A stretch of 64,000 nucleotides of DNA, taken from IMG/VR virus record IMGVR_UViG_3300020411_003736, positions 32,001 through 96,000 of that record; one strand, 5' to 3'. The notes under the pieces were generated by a model. The model ran no database searches. It saw only the letters and a list, made by a program, of their open reading frames with translations, and had not been told where the DNA came from. Below, one piece after another: positions 36,590 through 47,721 of this stretch. The stretch comes from a virus. Within the stretch, counting starts at the first letter, position 1. Every line of letters begins with the position of its first letter. The position numbers were made by a program, and so were the translations under genes.

Positions 36590-37534
36590 CTACTTACTAA
36601 AATACTTATCCACTTCTTCATAATATTTTATTACATTATCTATAGATAAATCATTTTTAACTTTTCGCATTATATCTTTAGCTAAATTCCACTCCTCTTT
36701 ACCAAAAGTTTTTTTAACCTTTTTTATCATCTCAACAACCTCATCATATTCAGATGTTTCCAACAAATAAGGATAATCAGGATATGGTTCTGATAATAAA
36801 TCCCTTATGGTCCAATCATTAGTAGTAATCAATACGGAATCCATAGCTGCTGATGTTGACAACTTTGTAGCTGGTTTCATACAATATTCCCAAGATTTCT
36901 TTTTTCTAATACTCAATTGACAACCATTTAACGGACTATCTAAAAAGATTCTACAAACTCCTGGAGGACCACCCTTTCTCCAATCATCTAAAAAACCTTC
37001 TTTCTGTAATTCATTTAAATGTAAACAATTCTGATTTTTGTTACCCTCAGAAGCATCTGTACCTAAAAAGTAAAAGTATGGTTCGTTATAATACCCCTTC
37101 GGAAACCACTCAAATCTCATATCCCAATGGTGTGGTATCACAAAAATTGGTTTACTTTCATCATAATCAACATTATCTCTCCACCATCTCTTTTGCCTTT
37201 TGTTATTTACAATATACCCATCAAAAAAATCTTCTCTGATGTTCGGTAAAAAATTAGGAACTTCTTTATTTTCATTTGGATTGAATTTATCCTTATCAGT
37301 CAAATCAACGACATCAAAAACTAACTTGTTACCATTATTTTTTAAGTGTGTTAATAAATCAAAATTATTCCACATCAACTTTATGACAATAATAATTTTA
37401 TTTTTTACATTAATATTATCACCATAATTTAAAATCAATGGTTCATATTGCCCAGTAAGTTTGTGTGATATTTGACCACCTCTAAGTCCAGTAGAATCTG
37501 ATATACCTCCTTGACTAAATAAAAGATTTGACAT
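36590..37534 (-). CDS. Glycosyltransferase-like protein
   Basis: LRGGQI...FDVVD...IPHHWD...KPATKL, a GT-B-like pattern. Confidence 0.55.
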   Translation of the reverse strand: MSNLLFSQGGISDSTGLRGGQISHKLTGQYEPLILNYGDNINVKNKIIIVIKLMWNNFDLLTHLKNNGNKLVFDVVDLTDKDKFNPNENKEVPNFLPNIREDFFDGYIVNNKRQKRWWRDNVDYDESKPIFVIPHHWDMRFEWFPKGYYNEPYFYFLGTDASEGNKNQNCLHLNELQKEGFLDDWRKGGPPGVCRIFLDSPLNGCQLSIRKKKSWEYCMKPATKLSTSAAMDSVLITTNDWTIRDLLSEPYPDYPYLLETSEYDEVVEMIKKVKKTFGKEEWNLAKDIMRKVKNDLSIDNVIKYYEEVDKYFSK

Positions 37535-38219
37535 CTAAAACTCCTCTCAACTTATTAGTATCCATCGTAACATTAGCCGGCATACCAATCCCATCAACAG
37601 CTTCTACATCTAACTTAGTTCTCTTAGCTAAATCATACATTGTCTTAACATCTGTACCAACATTATAAACTCCATAAGAATCGTTTTCTATCAACCTAAC
37701 ATAAAGTTTACTTATCACAGAAACATAGTCAAAATTACCCTTCTGATTTTTCCAAGCCTTAGGATATATAAATGGTTCTTCCTTATGTGTTCCTCTGAGC
37801 AATAAAAACTTTTTTAACTTCAATTGAATATAAGCATCAGATAATAATTTTGTGTAACCATACCAATTATTACAATGCACAGGAACATCACTCTCTGAGG
37901 CATTATCAACACTGTGTGTGTATATGTAATCAGTTGATATATGGGTAAGTTTCATATGACAGGCCTTTGTAGAAATATAATCAACCAAATCCACCACACC
38001 TTTATAATTAACATCCCAATGAACTTCTCTATCATCACTATAGGTATCGGTATTTGCTATACAATTTATAACCTCACTATAAGATAATATGTATTCAGAA
38101 TAAGAATTAAAATCAGTAAAATCGATACCATCTTTTTTTCTACTAATATAGTCCCAACCAGTTAACTCATGTAACTTCGAACCCAATATACCATCACCCA
38201 ATATCAACCTACTCTTCAC
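37515..38219 (-). CDS. RmlD-like NAD(P)-dependent sugar reductase
   Basis: LGDGILG, HISTDY and YGYTK. Confidence 0.85.
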   Translation of the reverse strand: MKSRLILGDGILGSKLHELTGWDYISRKKDGIDFTDFNSYSEYILSYSEVINCIANTDTYSDDREVHWDVNYKGVVDLVDYISTKACHMKLTHISTDYIYTHSVDNASESDVPVHCNNWYGYTKLLSDAYIQLKLKKFLLLRGTHKEEPFIYPKAWKNQKGNFDYVSVISKLYVRLIENDSYGVYNVGTDVKTMYDLAKRTKLDVEAVDGIGMPANVTMDTNKLRGVLDVKSFI

Positions 38220-38421
38220 TAAAAACCTCTACACAAAGAACATTAGCATCATTCACCATTACAATTCGACCATCTTTCAATTCCAACTTAGTCATTTGAC
38301 CTTGTTTAATTTTTGAAGTAGAGACACCCTCAAATGTCCTCTTAACTCCACCCACAAAATGAATTATCTGAGTTACATATTCGCCTTTTTCTTTCAATGA
38401 TGATTGTAAATCCTTCATCAA
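38209..38421 (-). CDS. Hypothetical protein
   Basis: ORF track. Confidence 0.55.
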   Translation of the reverse strand: MMKDLQSSLKEKGEYVTQIIHFVGGVKRTFEGVSTSKIKQGQMTKLELKDGRIVMVNDANVLCVEVFSEE

Positions 38422-39698
38422 AATTCCCCTAAAACATTTTTTATAAAAAGAAAAACTTCTTTTGTATAGTGTGGAGCAGCGCCAATGAAAAATACCTTAT
38501 TTAATACCTCATTACTTAATGGATAATCACCCCACTCATCTAAGTCGGAATAACCAGGATGTAATAATATATTACCAGCAAAATAATTTCTGGTTTGTAT
38601 TTTATTCTTTTCTAAATGACTCACCAATCTATCTTTATACTCTTTATTTTCACAAATAATAGGAGTCCCAAACCACGATGTTTCAGCATTTGGCAATTCT
38701 TTTGGAACTTTTACATCCAATAAAGCCTCTAACATTTCACCTAAAACTTTTTTTGAATGTCTTCTTCTGATATGAATCTCATCAACCTTTTTCATCTGAG
38801 CTAATCCAATAGCACCCTGAAAATCCAATGGTTTTAAATTATATCCTAAGTTAGTAAAGATATATTTGTGATCCATTATACCATCATAATTCGGCAACCA
38901 ATTATCAAATCTATTACCACAAGTTCCATTAGGTAACAGATTAGCAGGACCCACACAATAGCAATCCCTACCCCACCAAGCCATACTTCTTGCCGTAGAT
39001 ACAATTCTCTCATCATTACTACAAACCATTCCACCTTCACCTGTAGTTATATGATGTGATGGGAAAAATGAACAGCTCCAAGCTATACTATAATCCACCA
39101 ATAATTTATCATCCCACTTAGTTCCAATGCTATCACAACTATCTAATATAATTTCTATATTGTATTTATCACACAAATCCATAATCTTTTTCATATCGGG
39201 TGGATTACCAAGAACTGGTGATACGAATATAGCTTTTGTCTTATTAGTTATTTTTTGCTCTATCAAATTAACATCAAAATTAAGTGTATCAAATTCTATA
39301 TCAATAAAAACAGGTTTTAAATTATGTTGAACTATCGGTGCTATCGTTGTTGGAAATCCAACAGGTGATACAATAATTTCGTCACCATCTTCCCACTCTA
39401 ATACTTTTTTAATCGCACCTATCATCACCAAATTAGCAGAACTACCGCTGTTGACCATCAATCCATATTTCGTATTAAACTTTTGTGCAAACTTCTTTTC
39501 AAACCTATGTACATATTCACCAGAACTTAACCACTTACCAGTTAAAAATCCCTTTAATGCCATTTTTACTTCCTCATCATCCCAATAAGGACCAGAATAA
39601 AATACTGGAGTTCTACCTGGTATAAAATCGCTAAAATCATTATGTATAAAATTTGGTTTGATTGTTAAATCATTTATTATGTTTTCTATATTCTTCAT
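38418..39698 (-). CDS. DegT-family PLP/PMP enzyme, RfbH/DdhC-like sugar 3-dehydrase
   Basis: NSGSSAN, SFFPSHHITTGEGG (His in place of the PLP Lys), GRDCYC...TC cluster. Confidence 0.85.
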   Translation of the reverse strand: MKNIENIINDLTIKPNFIHNDFSDFIPGRTPVFYSGPYWDDEEVKMALKGFLTGKWLSSGEYVHRFEKKFAQKFNTKYGLMVNSGSSANLVMIGAIKKVLEWEDGDEIIVSPVGFPTTIAPIVQHNLKPVFIDIEFDTLNFDVNLIEQKITNKTKAIFVSPVLGNPPDMKKIMDLCDKYNIEIILDSCDSIGTKWDDKLLVDYSIAWSCSFFPSHHITTGEGGMVCSNDERIVSTARSMAWWGRDCYCVGPANLLPNGTCGNRFDNWLPNYDGIMDHKYIFTNLGYNLKPLDFQGAIGLAQMKKVDEIHIRRRHSKKVLGEMLEALLDVKVPKELPNAETSWFGTPIICENKEYKDRLVSHLEKNKIQTRNYFAGNILLHPGYSDLDEWGDYPLSNEVLNKVFFIGAAPHYTKEVFLFIKNVLGEF

Positions 39699-40549
39699 TA
39701 ATTTAAAATACTCTTTTGTTTATCGGATAACATTTCATACTCATCTGACCGATAATCAATTTCTGTAACTCCTTCCTTATTAAAATTGACAAAATCAGGA
39801 CTTTTTTCCCCAACTATCGTATAAGCGTTTTCCCCCAAATAACAACCAGATAACATACATCTCATTCCCTCATTAACCATACCACCTTTATGTAATCCAT
39901 GTGTGTTAACAAAATAAATCGTACCAACCGGACCCTCAGCAGTAGCCACATCTTCTTGTGGTGGTTCAAAATAAATAGGCCACCCTCTACCATAGTTATT
40001 ACCTATAATATTATCAGTAATTGACGCCCACTTTCCACCAAATTGACTCTTCTTAATATAATTCAAAGCACCATTCGAAGGACCAATATCATTCAAATAG
40101 ATAAAGGCTTTAAATATACGAAAATCCTCTCCATCACGATGCCAGGCCTGTGAACCCAACTCCTCTTTAAATGGATTCTGAGAATGTATGTATGAAAATA
40201 CATTTCTTAATTTTGGTTGTTCTCTATGAAAATACTCAGCCATATCTATCAATGTATCTGTTAAATATATATTTATTACATCACCATCATTAAGATTCAA
40301 ACCTCTACCCAAAAGTTCATTTTGTGTTATCTCAAACCATTTGTATTTATCTCTTATGGGCGTTCCATTAGCTAATAAATTCATTCGTTCAATGATTTGT
40401 GGATTCTGTAAATATACATCATTATAAAAATCCACAACATTGTTAAATAAATCCTTTTCCTTTTTGGTAAAAATTTCGGATATATGTGATTTAGCAATAC
40501 CCTCAACCAAAACCTCATCAACTATTTTTTTATGTATATCTTTCAACAA
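39698..40549 (-). CDS. PhyH-like 2OG-Fe(II) dioxygenase
   Basis: WHRD...FIYLND...NG...HKGG...R. Confidence 0.75.
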   Translation of the reverse strand: MLKDIHKKIVDEVLVEGIAKSHISEIFTKKEKDLFNNVVDFYNDVYLQNPQIIERMNLLANGTPIRDKYKWFEITQNELLGRGLNLNDGDVINIYLTDTLIDMAEYFHREQPKLRNVFSYIHSQNPFKEELGSQAWHRDGEDFRIFKAFIYLNDIGPSNGALNYIKKSQFGGKWASITDNIIGNNYGRGWPIYFEPPQEDVATAEGPVGTIYFVNTHGLHKGGMVNEGMRCMLSGCYLGENAYTIVGEKSPDFVNFNKEGVTEIDYRSDEYEMLSDKQKSILN

Positions 40550-40558
40550 AATATTCCC

Positions 40559-41887
40559 CTATGAATGAAAAAAATTCATTGAATAAGTTAACTTTCTCTG
40601 ATACACCTCAGGATATCTACTGAATCTTATATGTGAACCTATCTCAGCATTATTCCAATGTGCATATTTTGGACCCTTCAACAATCTGTAAAATAATTTA
40701 GGATTCAAAGAATAAGAAAAATGATTTCCACGATTATCTGTGTAATCAATCACATCATAACCACTTTCATCACCAAAAATTTTCAACAATTTATTATTTG
40801 GTAAATCTATATATATGTCTATATCAGTAACAAAGGATAATTCTTTTCTCTTTTTATCATATCTTTTATACGCCTTTGGTACTAATTCCATAACATCATA
40901 TAAAGATACATCATGATCATCATCATAGTCAAGCTTTTCCTTTGACAAAATGTTTTTTATATAATCATATCTCTCTTCAACATCATAATGTTGATATTCA
41001 GCTGAAACCTCTTCTGTTACTAAATCAAATGATTCCTTCGGATTCAACAAAAAACCACCACTACCATAATGATTGGTAAAATATTCCAACGCATCAGGTA
41101 GTTCTGGTGTACATTTAAATTTTTCCAGCTCACCCATCGGACCACAAAGAGTATAAGTTCCGGCATATGGCATATAATGTTTGGGTTTTAATATATCCAA
41201 AAATCCCATTCCCCAATCTAAAAATTTTTGTCTTTTAATTTCCCCATACTTATTTATCTTATCATCATCGGAATAATCAATCCAACATTGTGGATAAGAA
41301 CCAGCTCCAGTGTATCCAACCAATAATAAATCTATATCACCAAATTTGCTTTTAACATCTGTAATTGTTTTTTCAGTTAATGGAAATTGACAATCATTTA
41401 TTTGAATTATTTTTTTATCACCAGTAGTTAAAACTGAAAATGTATCTATACCAACTGACTTATCTAATGGTGTCATCTTACCACAACCAAAAAATTTAAA
41501 ACACTCTTTCGGATCACAACCATCAGCAGCATAAACATAAAGTTCAAAACCATCTGATAATTTAAAACTATCTCCATGTTCCATCTCTATTACATTTTTA
41601 CCCATTCTTTCCAAATTCATCTTTACAAATTTATTATCCCAATTATGTATCAAAATAGGAATATCATTTGATATCATTTTAAGAGTCTCTTCATGACAAT
41701 GGTCTGGGTGTATATGTGAAATATGTATATAATCAACATCATCAAAACTTTTCATATCAATATCCAACTCTGGATAAGATGTCCAAGATCCATAATAAGC
41801 CTTACCAACTAACCAGGGGTCAAACAATATTTTAGTACCATTGTGTTCAACCATTGTAGCTGTATTATTATAATAATTTAAGTTCAT
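40559..41887 (-). CDS. CMP-Neu5Ac hydroxylase-like metallo-beta-lactamase-fold protein (no Rieske domain)
   Basis: FDPWLVGKAYYGSW, ISHIHPDH, NDC, YTGAGSYP and YMPYAG resemble the CMAH catalytic domain. Confidence 0.7.
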   Translation of the reverse strand: MNLNYYNNTATMVEHNGTKILFDPWLVGKAYYGSWTSYPELDIDMKSFDDVDYIHISHIHPDHCHEETLKMISNDIPILIHNWDNKFVKMNLERMGKNVIEMEHGDSFKLSDGFELYVYAADGCDPKECFKFFGCGKMTPLDKSVGIDTFSVLTTGDKKIIQINDCQFPLTEKTITDVKSKFGDIDLLLVGYTGAGSYPQCWIDYSDDDKINKYGEIKRQKFLDWGMGFLDILKPKHYMPYAGTYTLCGPMGELEKFKCTPELPDALEYFTNHYGSGGFLLNPKESFDLVTEEVSAEYQHYDVEERYDYIKNILSKEKLDYDDDHDVSLYDVMELVPKAYKRYDKKRKELSFVTDIDIYIDLPNNKLLKIFGDESGYDVIDYTDNRGNHFSYSLNPKLFYRLLKGPKYAHWNNAEIGSHIRFSRYPEVYQRKLTYSMNFFHS

Positions 41888-43106
41888 TTTCCTCTAAGTA
41901 TGTAACTATGCGATTGGAAGCCATACCATCATTATAATCATCAAATAATTTTAATAATTCTGAGTAATCTTTTTTTGACTCATCAGTCAAAAATTTCAAA
42001 TCATAATCATAATTGTATGTACCTTTATTAATTATATCCTTTACTCTCTCATTATCCTTTTTAAATAATTCTATTCTATCAAAATCAACTAAATTCTTAA
42101 ATTCATCTATCGTTTCTAATTCATGAACTCTCATCCAAAATTTAGCAGAACCATCTCCCGCCCCAACAGAATCCTCTTCTAAATAAACATTTACATCATT
42201 TCCCCTATCCAAATAAGTACAATGATTATTTATGTTAACTACTTTTTTATTCATAAGTAACGGTGGATACATAACCGAACCAATAACTCCTATATGTATA
42301 TCACATATCGAATACATAGAAAACAAATCAAAATGGTCTCTAATAACATTAACATTCTTCACTCTAAAATCAGGCAGAAAATCGTTCATCCACATAGAAT
42401 TAAATGGTTCACCTGGAAATGGTTTATAATGTATTTGATAATCGTCAGTTATTTTATCAGATAAATTTTCTAGCAATTCAAATGCTATATTTCTATCCAT
42501 ATTTATCAATCCATAAAATAAAATTTGTTTCTTATTTTTATCTATACCATACTTCTCATAAACTTCATTATTTACACCACCCAATATATTATTATCATAA
42601 CAAGGGTTGCCAACAACTATAGATTTATCGAAACCATCAAAATCAACCAACTTTTTTCTATTCTCCAAACAAAAATCACTATGGTCAAAAAATAAATCAA
42701 TATCACTTTGTGGATATTTTGTTCTTGATATTGCTTCCAATCTAGATTCAATCACATTAGCTATTTGAGTATTAACTTCAACTAAAATTATTTTTGTATT
42801 AAATTTCTCTTTAAACTCTCTCAATACGCTTTGTTCAGGATCCCACCTTTCTCTATGCACAATCAAATATTGTGGTTTAAATGGTAGTGGTATATTAAGC
42901 GTATCTGATATCAACTCTCCTTTAAAATCATATTCTGTTCCACTAGAATCATACATATATTTTTCCATTTCACTTTTCGGATAAGCTGTGAGATTATTTG
43001 GATTATATAAAAAAAATGATTCATGTCCTCTTTTTAATAATTCAACATGTATTGGACTTAAATATGCAATTCCTTTGGAATCTGATGAAAATAATAGAAT
43101 ACGCAT
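41868..43106 (-). CDS. GT-B glycosyl/sialyltransferase-like protein
   Basis: VVGNPCYD, YKPFP.E, GSV...LMNKKV and DGMASNRI, as in TagF/capsule-type enzymes. Confidence 0.55.
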   Translation of the reverse strand: MRILLFSSDSKGIAYLSPIHVELLKRGHESFFLYNPNNLTAYPKSEMEKYMYDSSGTEYDFKGELISDTLNIPLPFKPQYLIVHRERWDPEQSVLREFKEKFNTKIILVEVNTQIANVIESRLEAISRTKYPQSDIDLFFDHSDFCLENRKKLVDFDGFDKSIVVGNPCYDNNILGGVNNEVYEKYGIDKNKKQILFYGLINMDRNIAFELLENLSDKITDDYQIHYKPFPGEPFNSMWMNDFLPDFRVKNVNVIRDHFDLFSMYSICDIHIGVIGSVMYPPLLMNKKVVNINNHCTYLDRGNDVNVYLEEDSVGAGDGSAKFWMRVHELETIDEFKNLVDFDRIELFKKDNERVKDIINKGTYNYDYDLKFLTDESKKDYSELLKLFDDYNDGMASNRIVTYLEENELKLL

Positions 43107-43107
43107 A

Positions 43108-43644
43108 TTAAACTTTTACAGCCAACACTCCCAAATTTTTTATGGGTGTTCCCCAATACTGTGGTTCTAACTCTGGATAAAATTCATCAGTTAAATCATA
43201 CTGCCATTCTCCAGCGTCAAATGTATAAGCATCAAATCCCAAAGCTTTAAAGTCTTTAGCCAAATCAACATCTGTCCACATATTCTGATGTGCCATAAGT
43301 GGATTCCAAGCTACATAATCAGCAGGTGGAAATAATGTTTTCTTCATAGACCTAAATGGTAACTTACCATCAATCCATAATTTAATCACATATCCACCAT
43401 CCGTATGTATAACTTTAATACTACCACCTTCTTTTAATTTCCTTTGCATATCCAATAAAAATTGTTTATACTTTGGTATAGGCACATGTTCCAATGTATG
43501 TTCAAGAAAAAATTCATCAACAACACCATCCTCTTCTATGAACCCATCTAAATCTAATATATCATGATTTACATCACAATCATCCTCTAAATTCACATGT
43601 ATATATTCTGTACCTCTTCCTCTACCACCTAAATTATATTTCAT
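43108..43644 (-). CDS. SAM-dependent methyltransferase-like protein
   Basis: NLGG.G...HTLEHV...LKEGG.I. Confidence 0.65.
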   Translation of the reverse strand: MKYNLGGRGRGTEYIHVNLEDDCDVNHDILDLDGFIEEDGVVDEFFLEHTLEHVPIPKYKQFLLDMQRKLKEGGSIKVIHTDGGYVIKLWIDGKLPFRSMKKTLFPPADYVAWNPLMAHQNMWTDVDLAKDFKALGFDAYTFDAGEWQYDLTDEFYPELEPQYWGTPIKNLGVLAVKV

Positions 43645-44600
43645 GATAATAATCCTATATCATTTTCTACCATTCGACTTACCATTTCTTCAAATGATGT
43701 TTTTGGTGTCCATCCTAATTCAACTCTGGCTTTCGTTGAATCACCACACAAAACATCCACCTCAGCAGGCCTCATATATCGTGGATCCTGTTTTACATAG
43801 TGACTCCAATCTCCAACACCAACACAATTAAAAGCTGCATCTAAGAAATCTCGTATTGAATGTTCTACTCCAGTCGCAATCACATAATCATCTGGCTTAT
43901 CTTGTTGTAACATCAACCACATACATTCTACATAATCTGGTGAATATCCCCAATCTCTTTTTGAATCTAAATTACCTAATGTTATATGATCCTGTAATCC
44001 CAAATGGATACGAGCGACACCATCAGTTATTTTACGAGTTACAAATTCTTTACCACGTCTCTCTGATTCATGATTAAATAAAATACCACTTACATTAAAC
44101 ATATCATAAGACTCTCTGTAGTTCTTTGTCATCCAATGAGCATATAGTTTAGCAACTCCATAAGGTGAACGAGGATAGAAAGGTGTGTTCTCATTTGCTG
44201 GATTCTCTACCATCTTACCAAACATTTCAGATGTTGACGCTTGGTAATATTTCACATCTTTACCATACTCTCTGATTGCCTCTAGCATTCTTAATGCACC
44301 CATTCCACTAACATCGCTTGTTTGCTCTGGTGTGTTCCAACTCTCCCCAACAAATGATTGTGCTCCTAAGTTGTAAACCTCATGTGGATTTGACTCCCTC
44401 AATACTCTGACCAATGAATTCTGATCTGTTAAATCACCATTAACGAAAGTTATCTTACCTTCAAGATGACCTGTATTAGTTCTATTTTTTGTTGATGAAC
44501 GCCTCTCCATACCATAGACTTCATATCCCTTTTCCAATAGTAAATCAGCAAGATAACTTCCATCCATACCATTTACACCCGTAATTAATGCTCTCTTCAT
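43641..44600 (-). CDS. gmd: GDP-mannose 4,6-dehydratase
   Basis: [35 protein letters not shown] and [11 protein letters not shown]. Confidence 0.95.
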   Translation of the reverse strand: MKRALITGVNGMDGSYLADLLLEKGYEVYGMERRSSTKNRTNTGHLEGKITFVNGDLTDQNSLVRVLRESNPHEVYNLGAQSFVGESWNTPEQTSDVSGMGALRMLEAIREYGKDVKYYQASTSEMFGKMVENPANENTPFYPRSPYGVAKLYAHWMTKNYRESYDMFNVSGILFNHESERRGKEFVTRKITDGVARIHLGLQDHITLGNLDSKRDWGYSPDYVECMWLMLQQDKPDDYVIATGVEHSIRDFLDAAFNCVGVGDWSHYVKQDPRYMRPAEVDVLCGDSTKARVELGWTPKTSFEEMVSRMVENDIGLLS

Positions 44601-45385
44601 TATAAAAATCTCCTTGCAATTCTATTAAATGTTGTATCATTACTCATTATCTCTTTAACTGATAAATCCTTTAAGTAAGGATCCCAAGATATAGATTCCC
44701 ACACATGGTGGCAATAAGCACCATCCAATTGTATATCTTGTTCAAACATCAACTTAATACCAACTTGACTAGCAGTAGGTTCGTTGGAATGATAGAGTGG
44801 ATAATGAAAACTACTATATGGTTCTATATGTAAAAGTTCTGGATATTGCTTTGATAATATAAATGGCATTTGAACTGCATGTTCAGCCCAATATTGGTCT
44901 CTACCTTTAGACCTATGTGATTGATAACTCATCAACCAATGTTTAAGAAACTCACTATCCTTTTCTGCCAAAATAACACCATCACAAAGCCCCTCAACAT
45001 TTCCATCAGGTGTACCTTGTATTCCCAAAACACATTTGTTTTCCAACAAATCAGTAAATGGTTTCACCGATATCGTATCAACATCCATATAGATACCACC
45101 CTCTTCTAAAAGAACTTGTAACCTTATCACACCAGTTTGATGTGCTACATGTAAAAGTGGATTTCCAAAAATCTCTTTTGGTGGTTCTATCTTTACAAGC
45201 TCCAAATCATTTTCTATTTTTTCAAACCATTCACCACTCGGCTTATGTTTATAATAAAGATAAGCTTTCTCTGGCTTATTTAATTCTATAGCCGATTTGA
45301 CTGAAAGGTAATGGCACAACTTCCACGGTTTACCACCAAAATCTTCAGACAAACCAAAAACAAAATGCATTTTATTTGGTATCAT
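44600..45385 (-). CDS. GT32 (DXD) glycosyltransferase
   Basis: MIPNKMHFV...[17 protein letters not shown]. Confidence 0.85.
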   Translation of the reverse strand: MIPNKMHFVFGLSEDFGGKPWKLCHYLSVKSAIELNKPEKAYLYYKHKPSGEWFEKIENDLELVKIEPPKEIFGNPLLHVAHQTGVIRLQVLLEEGGIYMDVDTISVKPFTDLLENKCVLGIQGTPDGNVEGLCDGVILAEKDSEFLKHWLMSYQSHRSKGRDQYWAEHAVQMPFILSKQYPELLHIEPYSSFHYPLYHSNEPTASQVGIKLMFEQDIQLDGAYCHHVWESISWDPYLKDLSVKEIMSNDTTFNRIARRFL

Positions 45386-46226
45386 AATTAACCTCTAATT
45401 TATCTGGCACACAAATCAAATTATGACCAGAAAGTAATTCATCATTTTCCATTAAGACCACTTCATCCCCCAAATTTTCTATGTCTAATTTATTAGCAAC
45501 TTCATCATAAGCTGTATAACCAATATTATTAATGACATTCATCATTTCTCGCATTTCTATAGAGTTCAGTCCAGTATAGATTTCCGTTATTATTACAGGA
45601 GAATCTCTATATATTATATCAACAAGAGTCTTTAAAATGTCTTTATCATGTCCCTCTGTATCAATTTTTATTAAAGAAACTTCATTGTCAATTAAACTAT
45701 TTTTTTCTAAAAAACTATCTAAATTTACACCCCAAACATCTATAGGTATCTGATGACCAGTAACACCTACACCAAAATCAGTTCTCTCAGCATAACCACC
45801 ATTACACAACCCATCATCTGAATAATGAAATCTCAATGGACCTTCATCATCAGATACAGCATAATTAAATGGAATTATGTTTGGATGTAATTCTGCATTT
45901 TTTTCTAAAACCTCATAAGTAGCAGGATTACATTCAAATGAAATAACTTTATCAGCAAATAAAGAATAAGCCACAGACATATTACCACTCTGTGCACCAA
46001 TATCAATAACTGTAGAATTTGGTTTTATGATTTTAGAAATATTATTTAATATCTCATCCGTAAATAAAGAAATTAATTCCCATTCACCTTGCATTGGATG
46101 TAACCATCTATGATACTTAAAAGTTATTCCATTTCTTTCCAACTCAACAATTTCCGTATCATAATGATTATTGGTTTCCTTCAAAACATTTAAGAATTCA
46201 TCCCTATAACCTTTCATGTCTTGCAT
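45372..46226 (-). CDS. FkbM-family methyltransferase
   Basis: IDIGAQSG, SFECNP and IKIDTEG. Confidence 0.88.
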   Translation of the reverse strand: MQDMKGYRDEFLNVLKETNNHYDTEIVELERNGITFKYHRWLHPMQGEWELISLFTDEILNNISKIIKPNSTVIDIGAQSGNMSVAYSLFADKVISFECNPATYEVLEKNAELHPNIIPFNYAVSDDEGPLRFHYSDDGLCNGGYAERTDFGVGVTGHQIPIDVWGVNLDSFLEKNSLIDNEVSLIKIDTEGHDKDILKTLVDIIYRDSPVIITEIYTGLNSIEMREMMNVINNIGYTAYDEVANKLDIENLGDEVVLMENDELLSGHNLICVPDKLEVNYDTK

Positions 46227-46227
46227 A

Positions 46228-46863
46228 TTAAATTAACCCACTTATCTCTTCATTATAAAATTTATTCTGTTCTACTTGTTTATCTATCGTCTTTGGGTGT
46301 AGTATACAAAATGGTTTATCTGTTGGTAAGGTTGAATAGGTTTTATATCCAGTTATCATCTCATGTACTTTCTTTTCCCAACGGATGTTAGGTCTATTTT
46401 TAAACAACCTACCTTGCCAATCAGGAAAGTTTATCCAACCATTTTCATTCAATCTGTATCCATACATCCTACAATGTTGTTCTGTTATTCCATCCACAGT
46501 ATTTATTCTTGGCACCCAAAATAAATCAATAGTTGGATTACCATCAATAATTTCATGAACATTCTGAATCATCCACCTACTTATCATCTCATCAGCATCA
46601 AGATTAAAACTATACTCACCATTACACATACCTTTCAAATGATTCTTTTGTGAAGCAAAATCTTTCAATAGACTTCTTTGTTCAAATACTATATCATGTG
46701 CTGATACATAGAAATCTAATATCTGTTTTGTCTTTTCATTATCTGAAAAATCGTCTAATATGACTATTTCATCATTGGGATTTTTCCACTTTACTAAGAA
46801 CTTTAATAACTTCTCCAAAGTCTTATCTTCATTGTGTGTTAATATAGAATAACTTATTTTCAT
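46228..46863 (-). CDS. Glycosyltransferase family 2
   Basis: LDDFS, LDADE, PDWQGRLF and VHE. Confidence 0.88.
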   Translation of the reverse strand: MKISYSILTHNEDKTLEKLLKFLVKWKNPNDEIVILDDFSDNEKTKQILDFYVSAHDIVFEQRSLLKDFASQKNHLKGMCNGEYSFNLDADEMISRWMIQNVHEIIDGNPTIDLFWVPRINTVDGITEQHCRMYGYRLNENGWINFPDWQGRLFKNRPNIRWEKKVHEMITGYKTYSTLPTDKPFCILHPKTIDKQVEQNKFYNEEISGLI

Positions 46864-47342
46864 TAATCAAAAGGACTTCCACCTGGTTTGTGTATGTATT
46901 CTTCTTGTATCGAAATAACTTTCATAGACGATAACTTTGGTGTCTTATAACTACGATAGGATCTAACAAATACATTATCAGCTTTAATTATGTCATGATA
47001 AAATCTATCATTGTCCATATCTGTTGGTTCTTTTGGGTGTGAAATTTTTATCCTAAAATAATCTTCTTTCAATCTGACTAAATTTTCCATTCCAGTCTCA
47101 CCCTTTCTAAAATCGATAAAATAAAATAATCTTTTAAGTTTTGATGGTGGTAAATAATTTAAATTCAAACCTTCTATAATTCTTTTCTTTGGATCACGAT
47201 GTAAAAAAAGAAGAATGGGTTTTGGATCAGTAACATTAGGTACAGAATAATTAAATGTCAGTATCATTCCAGGCAACAACCTTCCCAATGTCATTGTCTG
47301 TTGTTTAATTATTATTTTACTATTGTTGTATCTCGTTGCCAC
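46863..47342 (-). CDS. T4 gp2-like DNA end protector (tentative)
   Basis: PGMILTFNY...DPKPILL...GLNLNYLPP. Confidence 0.5.
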   Translation of the reverse strand: MATRYNNSKIIIKQQTMTLGRLLPGMILTFNYSVPNVTDPKPILLFLHRDPKKRIIEGLNLNYLPPSKLKRLFYFIDFRKGETGMENLVRLKEDYFRIKISHPKEPTDMDNDRFYHDIIKADNVFVRSYRSYKTPKLSSMKVISIQEEYIHKPGGSPFD

Positions 47343-47721
47343 TATGACTTTCCATTGTTCTTACTATATTAAAAGCATCACTAAAATGTGGCATCTCAAC
47401 CTTTGTAGACTCCGTTCCCAACTTAGTTATAATATGCCATATCAATTTCCCATCCTTAACATCAGGCGTTATATAATAATTTTCACTTGTAAAAACTCCC
47501 GGCAACCAATTCCTACCACCTATATTTTTACAAATAGATTTGAATTTATCATCTAAATCATCAGTTAATTTATCTTTATAATCACTACTTGACGCATACC
47601 CACAATGGACACACTGCATACTTTGTCTTTCATCACCAAGTAAAATTAAAGTGTCTTCTTCATTCCCCTCTTCCACACAGCAAGGACACTTTACTTTCAA
47701 TCTCATATCATCGAAACTCAT
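47320..47721 (-). CDS. Zinc-ribbon protein
   Basis: CPCC...CVHCGY. Confidence 0.6.
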   Translation of the reverse strand: MSFDDMRLKVKCPCCVEEGNEEDTLILLGDERQSMQCVHCGYASSSDYKDKLTDDLDDKFKSICKNIGGRNWLPGVFTSENYYITPDVKDGKLIWHIITKLGTESTKVEMPHFSDAFNIVRTMESHSGNEIQQ